A stretch of 64,000 bases of DNA from the NCBI RefSeq assembly GCF_964204645.1, contig NC_134027.1:6666485-6730484 (forward strand), in the 5' to 3' direction. Below the pieces are notes generated by a model. It had not been told where the DNA came from. It saw only the letters and a list, made by a program, of their open reading frames with translations, and did no database searches. Below, piece by piece: positions 54,153 to 64,000 of the stretch. The position numbers and the translations under genes were made by a program. The DNA comes from Tubulanus polymorphus. Its lineage: Eukaryota > Animalia > Nemertea. Position 1 is the stretch's first letter, and every line of letters begins with the position of its first letter.

Positions 54153-56573
54153 ATTTTCATTTCCATAACTTTCAATTTTTTATAAATTCCAATGACTTTA
54201 TCAATCGAAACCAAATTCAGCTGGTGAATTCGGCAGACTAATTTAAGGTTAATTCAAATCGTACGTTAGCGTACGTTATCCGTTTCCGTATCGATATTTT
54301 CCGGTAGATAAGTTACAATCGATAAATCGATGAATCGTTAAGCATAAGTAACACGTATTCATAACCACTTGTAGAGTAACATTATCCTACCGTTACATCT
54401 TTACCGGGATTGCTGTCGATCATATCGTTTGAAATTCAGCGATAATATCATAATAAGATCATCCGGCTTGATGTTTTAATGTTATGAAACATTAATGCCA
54501 TGCATAATCATTCGTGGATATCTGTTTTTCCGAAATGTTTTCGTGGAAGCGCGCGTGCGTCCCTTTTGTAGTCTGTAGCAAACAACACAACACATAACGA
54601 TGACATCCGCCACCACCATGTCGTTACTCTATCTGGTGGCAATTCCGTTTACTCAGAACGTGCCAAGCTGTTGCCGTAGCAAATCGCAATCCATTGCCAT
54701 CTGACATTAATGCACGACTAGCGAAATACCCGCCGAAATCATGCATGGGTACGTTGGTTAGGGCTAATGTTTTGGTATATTAGGATATGATGCTTTTTGT
54801 ATTAATACTACACAGACTTAGGCGTTAGAGATACAAAACAAACATTGCTAGAAGCTTAAGAAAGGTTCAAACTAAATGCACCTCTGAGCTGACGGTGAAT
54901 CTCCCCGTGCTCGTGGATCCCATGAGATAACGGTATTTTATCCAGCGCAGCCGTTCGATTCTTTGCCCGTGATTTGGAATGGTGTATTATATAATGAAGA
55001 TTTATTGCTTTTCTAATTGCTGCATCTACGATATCCCGTTGTACAATCATTGGTATATTATCTTTAACAGAATTTAGTAGGGAGATACTTTTGGGTCAGC
55101 GGTTTCGGAAAGTTATATATATTTCGCATTATTTTAAGAATTTATAGCGGTCTAAAACATTTCAGTCTTAACCATTGAGCCACGACTTCTTGCTGTTTCC
55201 CGCAAAGCCATCCAGATAGCCGGAGTTCCAGACGTAAGACCATCTTTCTGTAGATGTGAAATCCATCATCCGTTCATCTGAAGTGAATTATTTCAGGCCA
55301 CAAGCAAATGTTTTAGTAAATGAAAAGTGTTTTATATTTTTTTCCTAAATGTTAATCGCCCCAAAGAGCGGAAGCCGATTTGGTGGTTCTATCAATCAGT
55401 GTAATAATGAAATTTCAGATTTTCGTATATTTCAGTGATGCAACCGCAACGTACAGCACCCAAACCTTGCTGATAAACACACCTTGTTAACTTAATTCTG
55501 ACTACCTCGTAACACCATGCAATATCATGTGCAAGATACGATAGTCAAACGAATCTCTTGTTCCATGCGTTATGGCATCGTGCGTCGAAATTACTTCAAC
55601 ACCTGAACGAACGACAAGACCCACTAATTCTAGAATTAGTGCAACATGTCACGCGAATTCATTTAGCTTGTGTTGCCACGGTGGGATAGATACTCTTCCA
55701 GTGTGAAAATAAATTCAGTCAGAGATATGCCGATTATTGCCACATTGAGACGGGGACTCCTGATTAGAGCGTGGGAGATCGAAAGTAATGATAATGAGGT
55801 TTACATGGCTGCAGTGAAAACACGAACGCGCAGGCCACATTTTAATGAACGGATGCGATTTTGTGGCACTCGGAATACAGAGGAAACGTCACAATTTTCC
55901 GTCACATTCGACGTCTAATTAACACTCTGGATCGAAGCCAATATCCTAAAAGAACTGCGCAAAATTTGCGCGATTTCATGTTATGACTTCTAAGAAGATG
56001 TCAATCTAACAAAACAATCTTTTATGTCAAAAACAAATGTATGGCGGATTTCAGTCTGAATTCCGAGAAAACAACATGTAAATGACAAAACAATCGAACT
56101 ATCAAACAAGAGTACCGACGAAAGATATCTTTTAAGTGTAGTCCAATTAAAACAGAATGGTTACATATATTGCTGAGGTTAATAATAGTATCGCGTGGCA
56201 CGTATTTTGGAAAATAAATGATTTACATCTTGGAACTTGAAGCGCTCGCAACTGACCGCGACAATTACCCAACTCATGGTGAAAAACAACACGAAGTAAA
56301 TTGGTTTACTGTTACTGCAATTGTCATTTCGGGGGGTAAACGTGTATCCAATGTTATAACGCGGATCTAACAGTGATGTCAAGATTGTTGAATTACACCA
56401 CGTATGCCTGGGAAAAAATCAGTAAACGTTCCAAGGACGGACCTCTCCGTGATAATTCCATCAATAGGCGAACAAATGAAATAAATTGTTTTATTAGACA
56501 ATCCACAAAATAAAGAAATTTTAATATGAAACAAGTACACCACCTACAAAGTTCAAATGATATTGCAAGAGTT

Positions 56574-57965
56574 TTAACTTGGATCCCGGATACGACTTGC
56601 CTCTATGCCGGAATATACCATTGGACTAGCCCTGCTCTTCAGGGTTACTTTGGGACCGTTTTGGATACCTTTAATCGTTTGGGCTCCAACAAGTACATAC
56701 TTGTTCGCAGCCGGCGATACGAAACTACTGGTTGATTTGTTGCGCACAGAAATACTGTAACTCGGCCCTGAGTTTTCAACGCCTGGGTAGTAGGTAGCTG
56801 GCCCGGGGTATTCACCACTTTTACACGGTCGCTCGAATCTTTTTGCCATGCTTATCTGCGGAGCTACGTTATTTTCCTGCCGGATGTTGTATTTGTTTGG
56901 ACCTGGTACATCGTATTTCGAATCGCAAGCTCGTTTCCCCATCGTGTGTTTCGGTCCGTCGTTCCGCGTAAACTCCCGCGAGAGATCGTAGCTGCCCGGA
57001 CCGGGAACGTTGAATTGCTGTACCTCGTCCGCTAAAGTGGGGACGGTTCTCTTGCGGAAGGTGTATGCTGCAGCGTTCGGTAGATTGATTGAAGTTACCG
57101 TATATTTCTCAGGTCCTGGATGCGGCATTGTCTCCGTTCGTTCAAACCAGCGATAAGCTAGTGGAGCCGTCTTTGCGTTTGTTATTTTTTCCGGCAATGT
57201 GTACATATTCGGAGCCGGGACATTCTGTTTAGAATTATGAGCGATATCTTTTTGACGACTGGAGATAGACTTAGCTACTGACTGTCCTATCGTCGAACTT
57301 ATGTCATATGCGCCCGGTGCTGGGTAGTTATCACGTACAACTGCTGGGAGACGCTTAGCAAATGAATAGGCGGGCCCCGGTGCGGTGGTGATAGTATACT
57401 CAGCTGGACCAGGTCGTATCTCTGGTAAAAAACATTCGCGTCTGCTTGATCCAAATGACTTCATCGGGCCTCCGCCAACACAAAAATTTGGTTTATAGTT
57501 TGGTCCTGGTGTGGTGAATCCGTGGGTATCGACGGGTTGGACTAGACCATGCGGTGGCCCACTGATACAACTCTGCTTCCATTTCAAACCCATTGTATAT
57601 TTAGCTCCACTTGTTCCAGTTGCCATATGGTTAACATTGTATTGAGAAGGAGGAGGTACCGTCGATATACCACGTTGAGTAGTCCTCCCTTTTCCTTTAA
57701 TCGTTACCGTCTTCGTTCGCCATTGCATATTCTTCGAGGTATTGTAATCGGCTGGTCCGACGTTGTACGGTGGCAATGGAGACAGTTTTCTGCCACCTAT
57801 TGAATATTCTGCAGCTTTGCTTTTGGTCAGGACGATATTTGGACTGTAGTCAGAGGGGGCAGGATTACAGGTTCCATGCGATGACAATGGAGTACCACCA
57901 GGCGGTGGAATGTACTCACCCATCGCTGTCCGGTGTATCGGTGGTCTTTGCGAAGGAGGTTTCAT
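56574..57965 (-). CDS. ODF3: Outer dense fiber protein 3-like / SHIPPO-repeat ciliary microtubule-associated protein (CIMAP1 family); intronless CDS, 463 aa
   Basis: More than ten PGP/PAP-x-x-Y repeats (PGPNY, PGPAEY, PAPGAY, PAPNMY, PGPEKY, PGPGSY, PGPNKY, PGPATY), with AEYSIGGR and KYTMG segments typical of SHIPPO repeats. The ATG at 57965 follows an acceptor (ttttag, 57976), so the ORF-track start at 58010 is probably intronic. AATAAA at 56495-56490. Confidence 0.88.
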   Translation of the reverse strand: MKPPSQRPPIHRTAMGEYIPPPGGTPLSSHGTCNPAPSDYSPNIVLTKSKAAEYSIGGRKLSPLPPYNVGPADYNTSKNMQWRTKTVTIKGKGRTTQRGISTVPPPSQYNVNHMATGTSGAKYTMGLKWKQSCISGPPHGLVQPVDTHGFTTPGPNYKPNFCVGGGPMKSFGSSRRECFLPEIRPGPAEYTITTAPGPAYSFAKRLPAVVRDNYPAPGAYDISSTIGQSVAKSISSRQKDIAHNSKQNVPAPNMYTLPEKITNAKTAPLAYRWFERTETMPHPGPEKYTVTSINLPNAAAYTFRKRTVPTLADEVQQFNVPGPGSYDLSREFTRNDGPKHTMGKRACDSKYDVPGPNKYNIRQENNVAPQISMAKRFERPCKSGEYPGPATYYPGVENSGPSYSISVRNKSTSSFVSPAANKYVLVGAQTIKGIQNGPKVTLKSRASPMVYSGIEASRIRDPS

Positions 57966-58097
57966 TGTTGATTTCCTAAAAGATAAAAGTACAAGGTATT
58001 GATTAAACATGATTCTCTTCTAAATGAAGTAAATAGATATAGTGATTCATATTGCTATGCACCATTATATACATTTCATATTTTTTCAAATAATGAT

Positions 58098-58298
58098 GTT
58101 GCCACACCTTTTTGAAAGTGACTTTGAACTATGCGATGTCGACTTTTTCACCTCTGCATCGCTTGGTTCACCAATTCCCCATTCGTCTATTCGCTTCCCC
58201 CAAAGTCCAGCCATCGTTGCAGGGGCCATGTTGGTGTACTTGTCGTGTTGTCTGGTGAAAATTGCCAGGGAACTGAACTAGCAACGGTGGTAACCATG
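58098..58298. promoter_or_regulatory. Compact bidirectional promoter between ODF3-like and EFCAB12-like, with RFX X-box-like sites
   Basis: Start codons diverge only 350 bp apart. ATTGCCAGGGAAC (58261-58273), CTAGCAAC (58278-58285), GGTAACCATG (58289-58298) and GTTGCC (58098) resemble the X-box GTTGCCNNRGCAAC or its half-sites. Confidence 0.5.
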
Positions 58299-58315
58299 CA
58301 CAAGACAAAAACGCT

Positions 58316-60070
58316 ATGATGGAGAACCTTCAAACTCCTGACGCTAAAAGTATTAGTAACCATGTTATCGACGATCTTAAACAATACTCATCGAGGGATT
58401 TAAAGCACACAAAATTTTATCGTTGCGCCAAACGATCATTTACTGATGAAAAAATTCGCAGCAGACGAATTACAGCACCACTGCATACATCGGAAAAGGC
58501 AGGCATGTGGTCCATGTCAGCAAGATGTACCCCACACAGCCAGGTGTCGCCGCCGACGCTTAAACATGAAAAGAAACCGACATATTCACAAAGAGAGGAA
58601 GCCATGGATGTAATTGAATATGATGATTGGTTGAGACAGCGGAAGAAAATGCGACATGAATTGTCTAAAATGGGCATGAGCGAAGGTTATCTAGCGAGAA
58701 AACCAAATCTGACGCCCATAGAAAGTCGTCTGTTAGAAAGGATGCGAAACGCAAGAGCTGTGAAACGTGTCAAGTCTGCCAAGACGCTGGTACAAGTGAA
58801 TATAACTCTGACGCAGGAAGAGATCGATGAACGGCGTCGACGTCGATGTACGAAAGCCTTACAGATCATAGAAAAACACATTAAGTTGAAACGAATGCGA
58901 CTGCTCGATCTGTTTAAGTCTATCGATAAAGACAAATCATGGACTGTCACGAGAGACGAATTCAAATTGGCGATAGATCGTGCCGGAATTGCGCTTCCCG
59001 GTCCCGTTATGAATGACCTGATATTCGCTCTCGACGCTAACAATAAAAACGAACTGGACTACAGGGAATTGGCCAAAGCATTGGGTGAATGGAAGATAAC
59101 CAAACGAGAAGTGAGAAAAAAGTTGGACCTCGGTGTCAACGAGGATCTGCCAGGGTTTAATCGCCGCCAAGGAATTCTTATACATTCCGATGAAATGGGT
59201 AAAACAAGCGCTACCGTGTTTGAACAGTTCAGATTGATTAACCAGCTGACCACCAGAAGGAATACGCAGTCACTCCTACCGCAGATAGCGACGTTCCTTA
59301 ATAGCACTGGACAGCCACAACATCGGCAACAACAGAAAGAAAGGAAGACGGAGAAAAAGATCAAACGTCAAAATCGCGTGGAGGTAATAAAAGCGATCAC
59401 AGATCACAGTAAACCGAGCGCCCTGACTGATGAAAATACGGCCGACCAGCTTAATCAATTCAGAGCCAAACAGCTGAAGGAATATTATAAGATTATGGAG
59501 CTGTGTAAAGAACGAAGTATAATATTTTCCGACGCCCTGTTGGAAAAGGCGCTTCTCTATCCAGCAGATCAGTCATACGAGGACATAGTGAATAAAAAAA
59601 TGATCAGTGTACCGGGGGATCAACTTCTGTCGTGTAAGTTCGCTCAGATAAAACCGCGGCTGCCCTCGCCAGACCACACGTACAAACGTTCGCAGTCGGG
59701 TAAATTACTGATGGATGAACGAAAATTTTATCCAGCCGCTTCACTGTTAGATACAGCACCTACCCGAGTCGATTTATCGACGGGTAAAGCTTACGTTTCG
59801 AGAAAAGTTGACTGTTGGTTGACGTTTGAAGAGTATTGCAAATTGACAAAAAATATCGCCAGATATCGAGATGTAAGTGGAGTGAAAGAGAACGCCTTCT
59901 GGCCCGGTGAACTGCTGGATAAATTGAGATTATACATGGACGACGAGAAGAACGTATACGGTGCAAATACAGCTTTCAGACTTGTGCAAACAAGTGTGCC
60001 AGCCTATCCGGGTTACAACAGTATCGAATCGTGGCCTGAAAATGAAAGTGGTTATGTCATGCTGCCATGA
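58316..60070 (+). CDS. EFCAB12: EF-hand calcium-binding domain-containing protein 12-like; intronless, 584 aa
   Basis: Uninterrupted ORF. EF-hand pair DLFKSIDKDKSWTVTRDEF and LDANNKNELDYREL. N-terminal WLRQRKKMRHEL...YLARKPNLTPIE and C-terminal CWLTFEEY...NAFWPGELLDKLRLY segments are characteristic of EFCAB12. Confidence 0.8.
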   Translation: MMENLQTPDAKSISNHVIDDLKQYSSRDLKHTKFYRCAKRSFTDEKIRSRRITAPLHTSEKAGMWSMSARCTPHSQVSPPTLKHEKKPTYSQREEAMDVIEYDDWLRQRKKMRHELSKMGMSEGYLARKPNLTPIESRLLERMRNARAVKRVKSAKTLVQVNITLTQEEIDERRRRRCTKALQIIEKHIKLKRMRLLDLFKSIDKDKSWTVTRDEFKLAIDRAGIALPGPVMNDLIFALDANNKNELDYRELAKALGEWKITKREVRKKLDLGVNEDLPGFNRRQGILIHSDEMGKTSATVFEQFRLINQLTTRRNTQSLLPQIATFLNSTGQPQHRQQQKERKTEKKIKRQNRVEVIKAITDHSKPSALTDENTADQLNQFRAKQLKEYYKIMELCKERSIIFSDALLEKALLYPADQSYEDIVNKKMISVPGDQLLSCKFAQIKPRLPSPDHTYKRSQSGKLLMDERKFYPAASLLDTAPTRVDLSTGKAYVSRKVDCWLTFEEYCKLTKNIARYRDVSGVKENAFWPGELLDKLRLYMDDEKNVYGANTAFRLVQTSVPAYPGYNSIESWPENESGYVMLP

Positions 60071-60107
60071 AAACGTCCTGACTATATAATTATAGTCAGG
60101 ACGTTTT
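60070..60107. repeat. Perfect 17-bp-stem hairpin abutting the EFCAB12-like stop codon
   Basis: aaaacgtcctgactata-taat-tatagtcaggacgtttt. Confidence 0.85.
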
Positions 60108-60347
60108 GTCCTATCTTACTTTTTATTTGCCAGGAAAAAAACAAGGAACAAATGTTTAAACTTAAAATATATTTTTGATTGGCCAACTCTCAGTCTATAC
60201 AGTACCCTTATAAAGAGAACAAAAATAGAAATTCTTAAAATAAATCAATGTTTTTTAATCGTAAACAGATTTTGCTTGATATATAGACAACATAGCGAAA
60301 AAGAAACGAATGTATGAAATCTTCTGTACACCCGATGACAAGGCGAT

Positions 60348-61277
60348 TTAATAATTCTTCCTTAGGTTGGATTTCCTCTTTTTCTTGATAATAGTTGGGT
60401 CATCGTCGAAGGACAAATACACTTTTACAGGAGAAGGTGTTGGTGTGAAAATATAGCGCCACCTCTGAGTGCGGTCCGTTTCGTCGGGTGTCTTTTTACC
60501 TTCGATGTGGGGAAAAAATTTGCTTTTACCGTCGTAGTGTACGCACGATAATAACGTATTCGTCCTCGAAAAATCGTTTCGTTGCAGTTTTTTATTCGAA
60601 TTGCTTCGGAAGGAATTATCGAATTTATCGTAACGTTCTCTTTCGTATCGATTCGAAAATGAAACGCGACCTTGATCGATTGGCGGCAGACGAGAAAACG
60701 AACGTAAATTAGAGTTTTTTCGACATTTTTCGCCTTCGATTTTCCTTCGAATGTACAAATCTCTAGACTGTTGTTTCAATGTGTATTTGGGTTCTTCGTT
60801 CAACGCTAGAGGAGCAAGCGATCCCCTCTTCAGGTTTTCATTCGAATTCTTAAACTTCGGCTTCGTTGGGGATTTCCTCGTGTGGTTTGCGTACGTAGAA
60901 AATGAAGTTCCGGTATCGAATGGATTATCAATATCCAAACTATCGTTAGTATCATCGTGCCAAACTGTTACGGCGAACTTAGGTTCATAGTCATTTTGAG
61001 GCGTGGCCGGTAGGCTGATCAGCCCGACTTTTACGCAGTCACTAAATAAACCCAATCTGCTGATATCTTTCCAGTCGCTATTTTCGCGTTGCAACTCCTC
61101 GATTAATTTCATTTCACCGTCCTGTAGAAGTCTTTTGTACTTAGTGAATTCCTCGTAAGTAATGTCGATGTTGAAAAATCGGCGAACGCCATTTTTATCG
61201 AAGTACCGTCGTGTGGATTTGACCTTGGAGAGGACAGATCTACCCGACTTGGCTTTCATAGAGCTTCGCAGCATCAT
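60348..61277 (-). CDS. Uncharacterised basic protein; intronless, about 309 aa
   Basis: Open frame of more than 900 nt with protein-like composition. The first ATG (MMLRSS) at 61277 lies just after a ttgcag acceptor. AATAAA at 60127-60122. No family recognised. Confidence 0.7.
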   Translation of the reverse strand: MMLRSSMKAKSGRSVLSKVKSTRRYFDKNGVRRFFNIDITYEEFTKYKRLLQDGEMKLIEELQRENSDWKDISRLGLFSDCVKVGLISLPATPQNDYEPKFAVTVWHDDTNDSLDIDNPFDTGTSFSTYANHTRKSPTKPKFKNSNENLKRGSLAPLALNEEPKYTLKQQSRDLYIRRKIEGEKCRKNSNLRSFSRLPPIDQGRVSFSNRYERERYDKFDNSFRSNSNKKLQRNDFSRTNTLLSCVHYDGKSKFFPHIEGKKTPDETDRTQRWRYIFTPTPSPVKVYLSFDDDPTIIKKKRKSNLRKNY

Positions 61278-62532
61278 ATTGCTGCTTTCCCAAACTACAT
61301 ATACGTATATCAAACCTGCAATTGGATATTTGAAAATGTTTTATATAACGACAGGCGATCCGTCAATTTTGTGATTAAAACATCAATCATGTATGTATTA
61401 AATGTTTTGCATAACAATTTGATGCAAATTTCACCTGAGTATATGGGATTTCCAGAACGTTCCGGGACACGTTATACAGCCATCGATCTTCACCGTATTT
61501 GCGGACGACGCGAGAACGTATTTCCTCGATCCCGGCAAGGAGCAGTAAAATTAGTACCGACAGCTAATCATCGACTATATAAAACAGCGACCGCCGGTGC
61601 TAATTCCCACGACGATAAGAAACGAATAACGTTTGTTTAAAGGAATTCACACGGTATCAGCATGATTTATACCGGAGTGAATGATATTTAGAACAAGTCC
61701 GCATATGATTATAGATGTGTTGCTTTATACAGATAGCTACAATTATTTCTCAAAGCACACACGATATGAATTCTCAACATTTAAATAAAACACGTAACAC
61801 TCGTACATAAATACTTCACGCAAATGATATATACACACAATTTCCAATGTTTTTGTCAACTTCTATAATGATAATGGTATATCTGCGATGTAAACGTTCG
61901 TGACTTCGGTTGTGTCGTCGGCTTCCATTAGCTCCGCATAATTAGTGTTTAATTCTGCGACGCGTTCAATGGAAATGATTCAAATTATCACGTACGAATT
62001 CAGTAGAATATTTCACCTTAAACATTATATACAACGCACCATCTCCTTCATATTCAAAAGAACATCCGAGCACGAAAAATAGAATATATATATATATACG
62101 TTCATATCCTACGGGTCACACGCATGTAAGATGTGTGCGTGATTTTCTCAACATAAATCGAAAAATTGTCTCAGTATTGAATAGTTGTTTGTTCAATCCT
62201 TTCATCGGAAACATTTTCGGTTAATGATTCACAATTTTCCCATTCGCCACACGCGTATGCTATCAAATAGACAATGGCAACGCATGGATCGAATTTATAC
62301 GATACGCATTTTGTTTCTCGTCCTTTTTTCAAATCGTTGAATTTTTCATATCCGTATTTCACATGTTCATTAATTTAATCCTATCCGCTACCGTGGAACA
62401 CGTCAATCTATCTGATTTTTAACGCGCGTGCGTCGATGGCTTCCATAGATATGAAAGGGCGACAGTAAAAATGTTGAATTGATTGTCATGTTCGCATCAC
62501 GAAATGAATTACTTTTTCTTCTCGTCTCGAGA

Positions 62533-63921
62533 TTAATGCAGCCCTAGAGATGGCAATCCGGATGTTACGGCGATGCTGTGACGTGCTCCTCTGCCGCGTA
62601 GTTTCGACGCGAATTTCATTCCAGCAAAAACCGTTGAAAGGGAATTTCCGGAGTCTTTTCCACCGGTTTGGTTCTTCAGACGTCCTTTCAGTTTGACGAT
62701 ATCGCTTCCTGAAGATGAGGGCGAATCCGGTTCGGTGGAGGGCTTCAAGTTGATTGCTTTCGAATTCTTTCTTTGAAATGATTTATTTTTACCAGTATGA
62801 TGGATACTGTCCAACAGATCGGCGGCTCTCTTCGGTGAGTTGAAAGGTGAACGACACCTGGCATTACTCATTTGCGACGAACGACCGCTAACTGTGATAT
62901 CATCCTCCTCGGCTTCTGAGTCCGAATGATCGTGAAATGTTGCCACCGCGGGCTGGCGGTATGACGATGAACGCTGAGGTGCAAAATCCGTCAGAATTTG
63001 CCGCACGATTTCGAAACTCGTGGCAGGTCGTTTTTTCATCATTCTCACCGTGGTTTGGGGGCTTTTTAACTCGCTGTAATCGTTAATTGAGATTACGCTG
63101 CTGACAGGCTTGGATTCCTCGCTTTCTACTATGATAGTTGGTATCGGTGTGTTGCAGCGATTGGTGACAGCAGGGGCAGACGTACAACGAGAACGGGGTT
63201 TTCTAACATTAGTCGTATCTCGGTACGACGAACGACCCCTATGTGAATGGTCAATACCCGTCGAGGCTCTGGTTATGTACGACGGAATTTCGACAAGCCT
63301 CTCATTTTTACGCCCAATCGGTATGAAATTCATTTCGAACGGGTCAACTTCGTCCGGTATTGGTAAAACCAATTTCAGCCAATCTAAAGCTGACTTGAAC
63401 ATAAATCTGTCTCTTAATTTCAATGAAGCTTTGTATTTGTAAACAAAAATTTTAGCTACGCCTAAATTTCCGGCGGCACATGCGCACATCAGAGGCGTCA
63501 TCCCGTCGACGTTATAAGCATTGATAAAACACCCATACGTTTTTATTTCCGGAAGAAATAGTTCGGCAATTTCCGTCAATCCCAAATAAGCCATGTAATG
63601 GTAAACTGTATTCCCGTACTTATCAGAGTGGTTTATATCGCAATCATCTTTAAGAAGAATCTTGATAACTCCAAGTTGGTTTTTCAAAACTGCGTGCGCC
63701 AAAACCCCTCGCCCCAGTTTATCGAGGGCATCTCGGTCCGCACCATTATCTAGTAAAGCTTTGACCAGAACGGAAGCGGTAGAACTAGTCGGTATATCAC
63801 AACATTTCATCAACGGACTCAATCCCCCAACGCCCTTCACATTCGGATCCGAACCCAAATCTAAGAGCAGAAGAAACTGTTTGTAACGACCATCTTTGAG
63901 AGCTTTGTGTAAACCCGTCAT
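62533..63921 (-). CDS. Ankyrin repeat protein (ANKRD34/ANKRD63-like: N-terminal ankyrin repeats and a disordered Ser/Arg-rich tail); intronless, about 462 aa
   Basis: About five ankyrin repeats (TGLHKAL, GLSPLMKCC, GRGVLAHAV, GNTVYHYMA, GMTPLMCACAAG) followed by a low-complexity tail. The first ATG is at 63921. The frame stays open to the window edge, so an N-terminal extension cannot be excluded. Confidence 0.85.
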   Translation of the reverse strand: MTGLHKALKDGRYKQFLLLLDLGSDPNVKGVGGLSPLMKCCDIPTSSTASVLVKALLDNGADRDALDKLGRGVLAHAVLKNQLGVIKILLKDDCDINHSDKYGNTVYHYMAYLGLTEIAELFLPEIKTYGCFINAYNVDGMTPLMCACAAGNLGVAKIFVYKYKASLKLRDRFMFKSALDWLKLVLPIPDEVDPFEMNFIPIGRKNERLVEIPSYITRASTGIDHSHRGRSSYRDTTNVRKPRSRCTSAPAVTNRCNTPIPTIIVESEESKPVSSVISINDYSELKSPQTTVRMMKKRPATSFEIVRQILTDFAPQRSSSYRQPAVATFHDHSDSEAEEDDITVSGRSSQMSNARCRSPFNSPKRAADLLDSIHHTGKNKSFQRKNSKAINLKPSTEPDSPSSSGSDIVKLKGRLKNQTGGKDSGNSLSTVFAGMKFASKLRGRGARHSIAVTSGLPSLGLH

Positions 63922-64000
63922 TTTAGAGCGCTCTATGGTATACGCATACCCAAGATTTTCAAACAACTTCTTCGCACAGTAATTGCTATAGTTCGTAGTA

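Noticed and set aside
58417-59966. Several minus-strand ORFs overlapping EFCAB12-like (likewise the antisense ORFs over ODF3, the ankyrin gene, the RTK and ALDH1L)
   Set aside because: They are antisense shadows of real coding frames and contain no motifs.

Overview
This is eukaryotic, AT-rich nuclear DNA from an invertebrate animal with many short GT-AG introns. It resembles a marine lophotrochozoan, but that is inference only. Most short ORFs in the supplied track are noise or exon fragments, so I rebuilt the gene models by hand from splice sites and reading-frame phase. From left to right the window holds: exon 1 of an MFSD4-type MFS transporter (-, continues off the left edge); a head-to-head 24-exon, 920-aa 10-formyltetrahydrofolate dehydrogenase ALDH1L (+); a convergent protease with two discoidin domains and a trypsin-fold serine protease domain (-, 5' end not found); about 13 kb with no recognisable gene; a 27-exon, about 1077-aa receptor tyrosine kinase (-); and a tight cluster of four genes with intronless CDSs (ODF3/SHIPPO-repeat, EFCAB12-like, an uncharacterised protein, and an ANKRD34/63-like ankyrin protein). 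The kinase has an unusual ectodomain (LRR x12, EGF-like, ephrin-receptor-like Cys repeats x3) joined to an FGFR/RET-type catalytic domain. Also present are several MITEs, microsatellites and a Penelope-type hammerhead ribozyme core. I found no CRISPR array, rRNA or tRNA.
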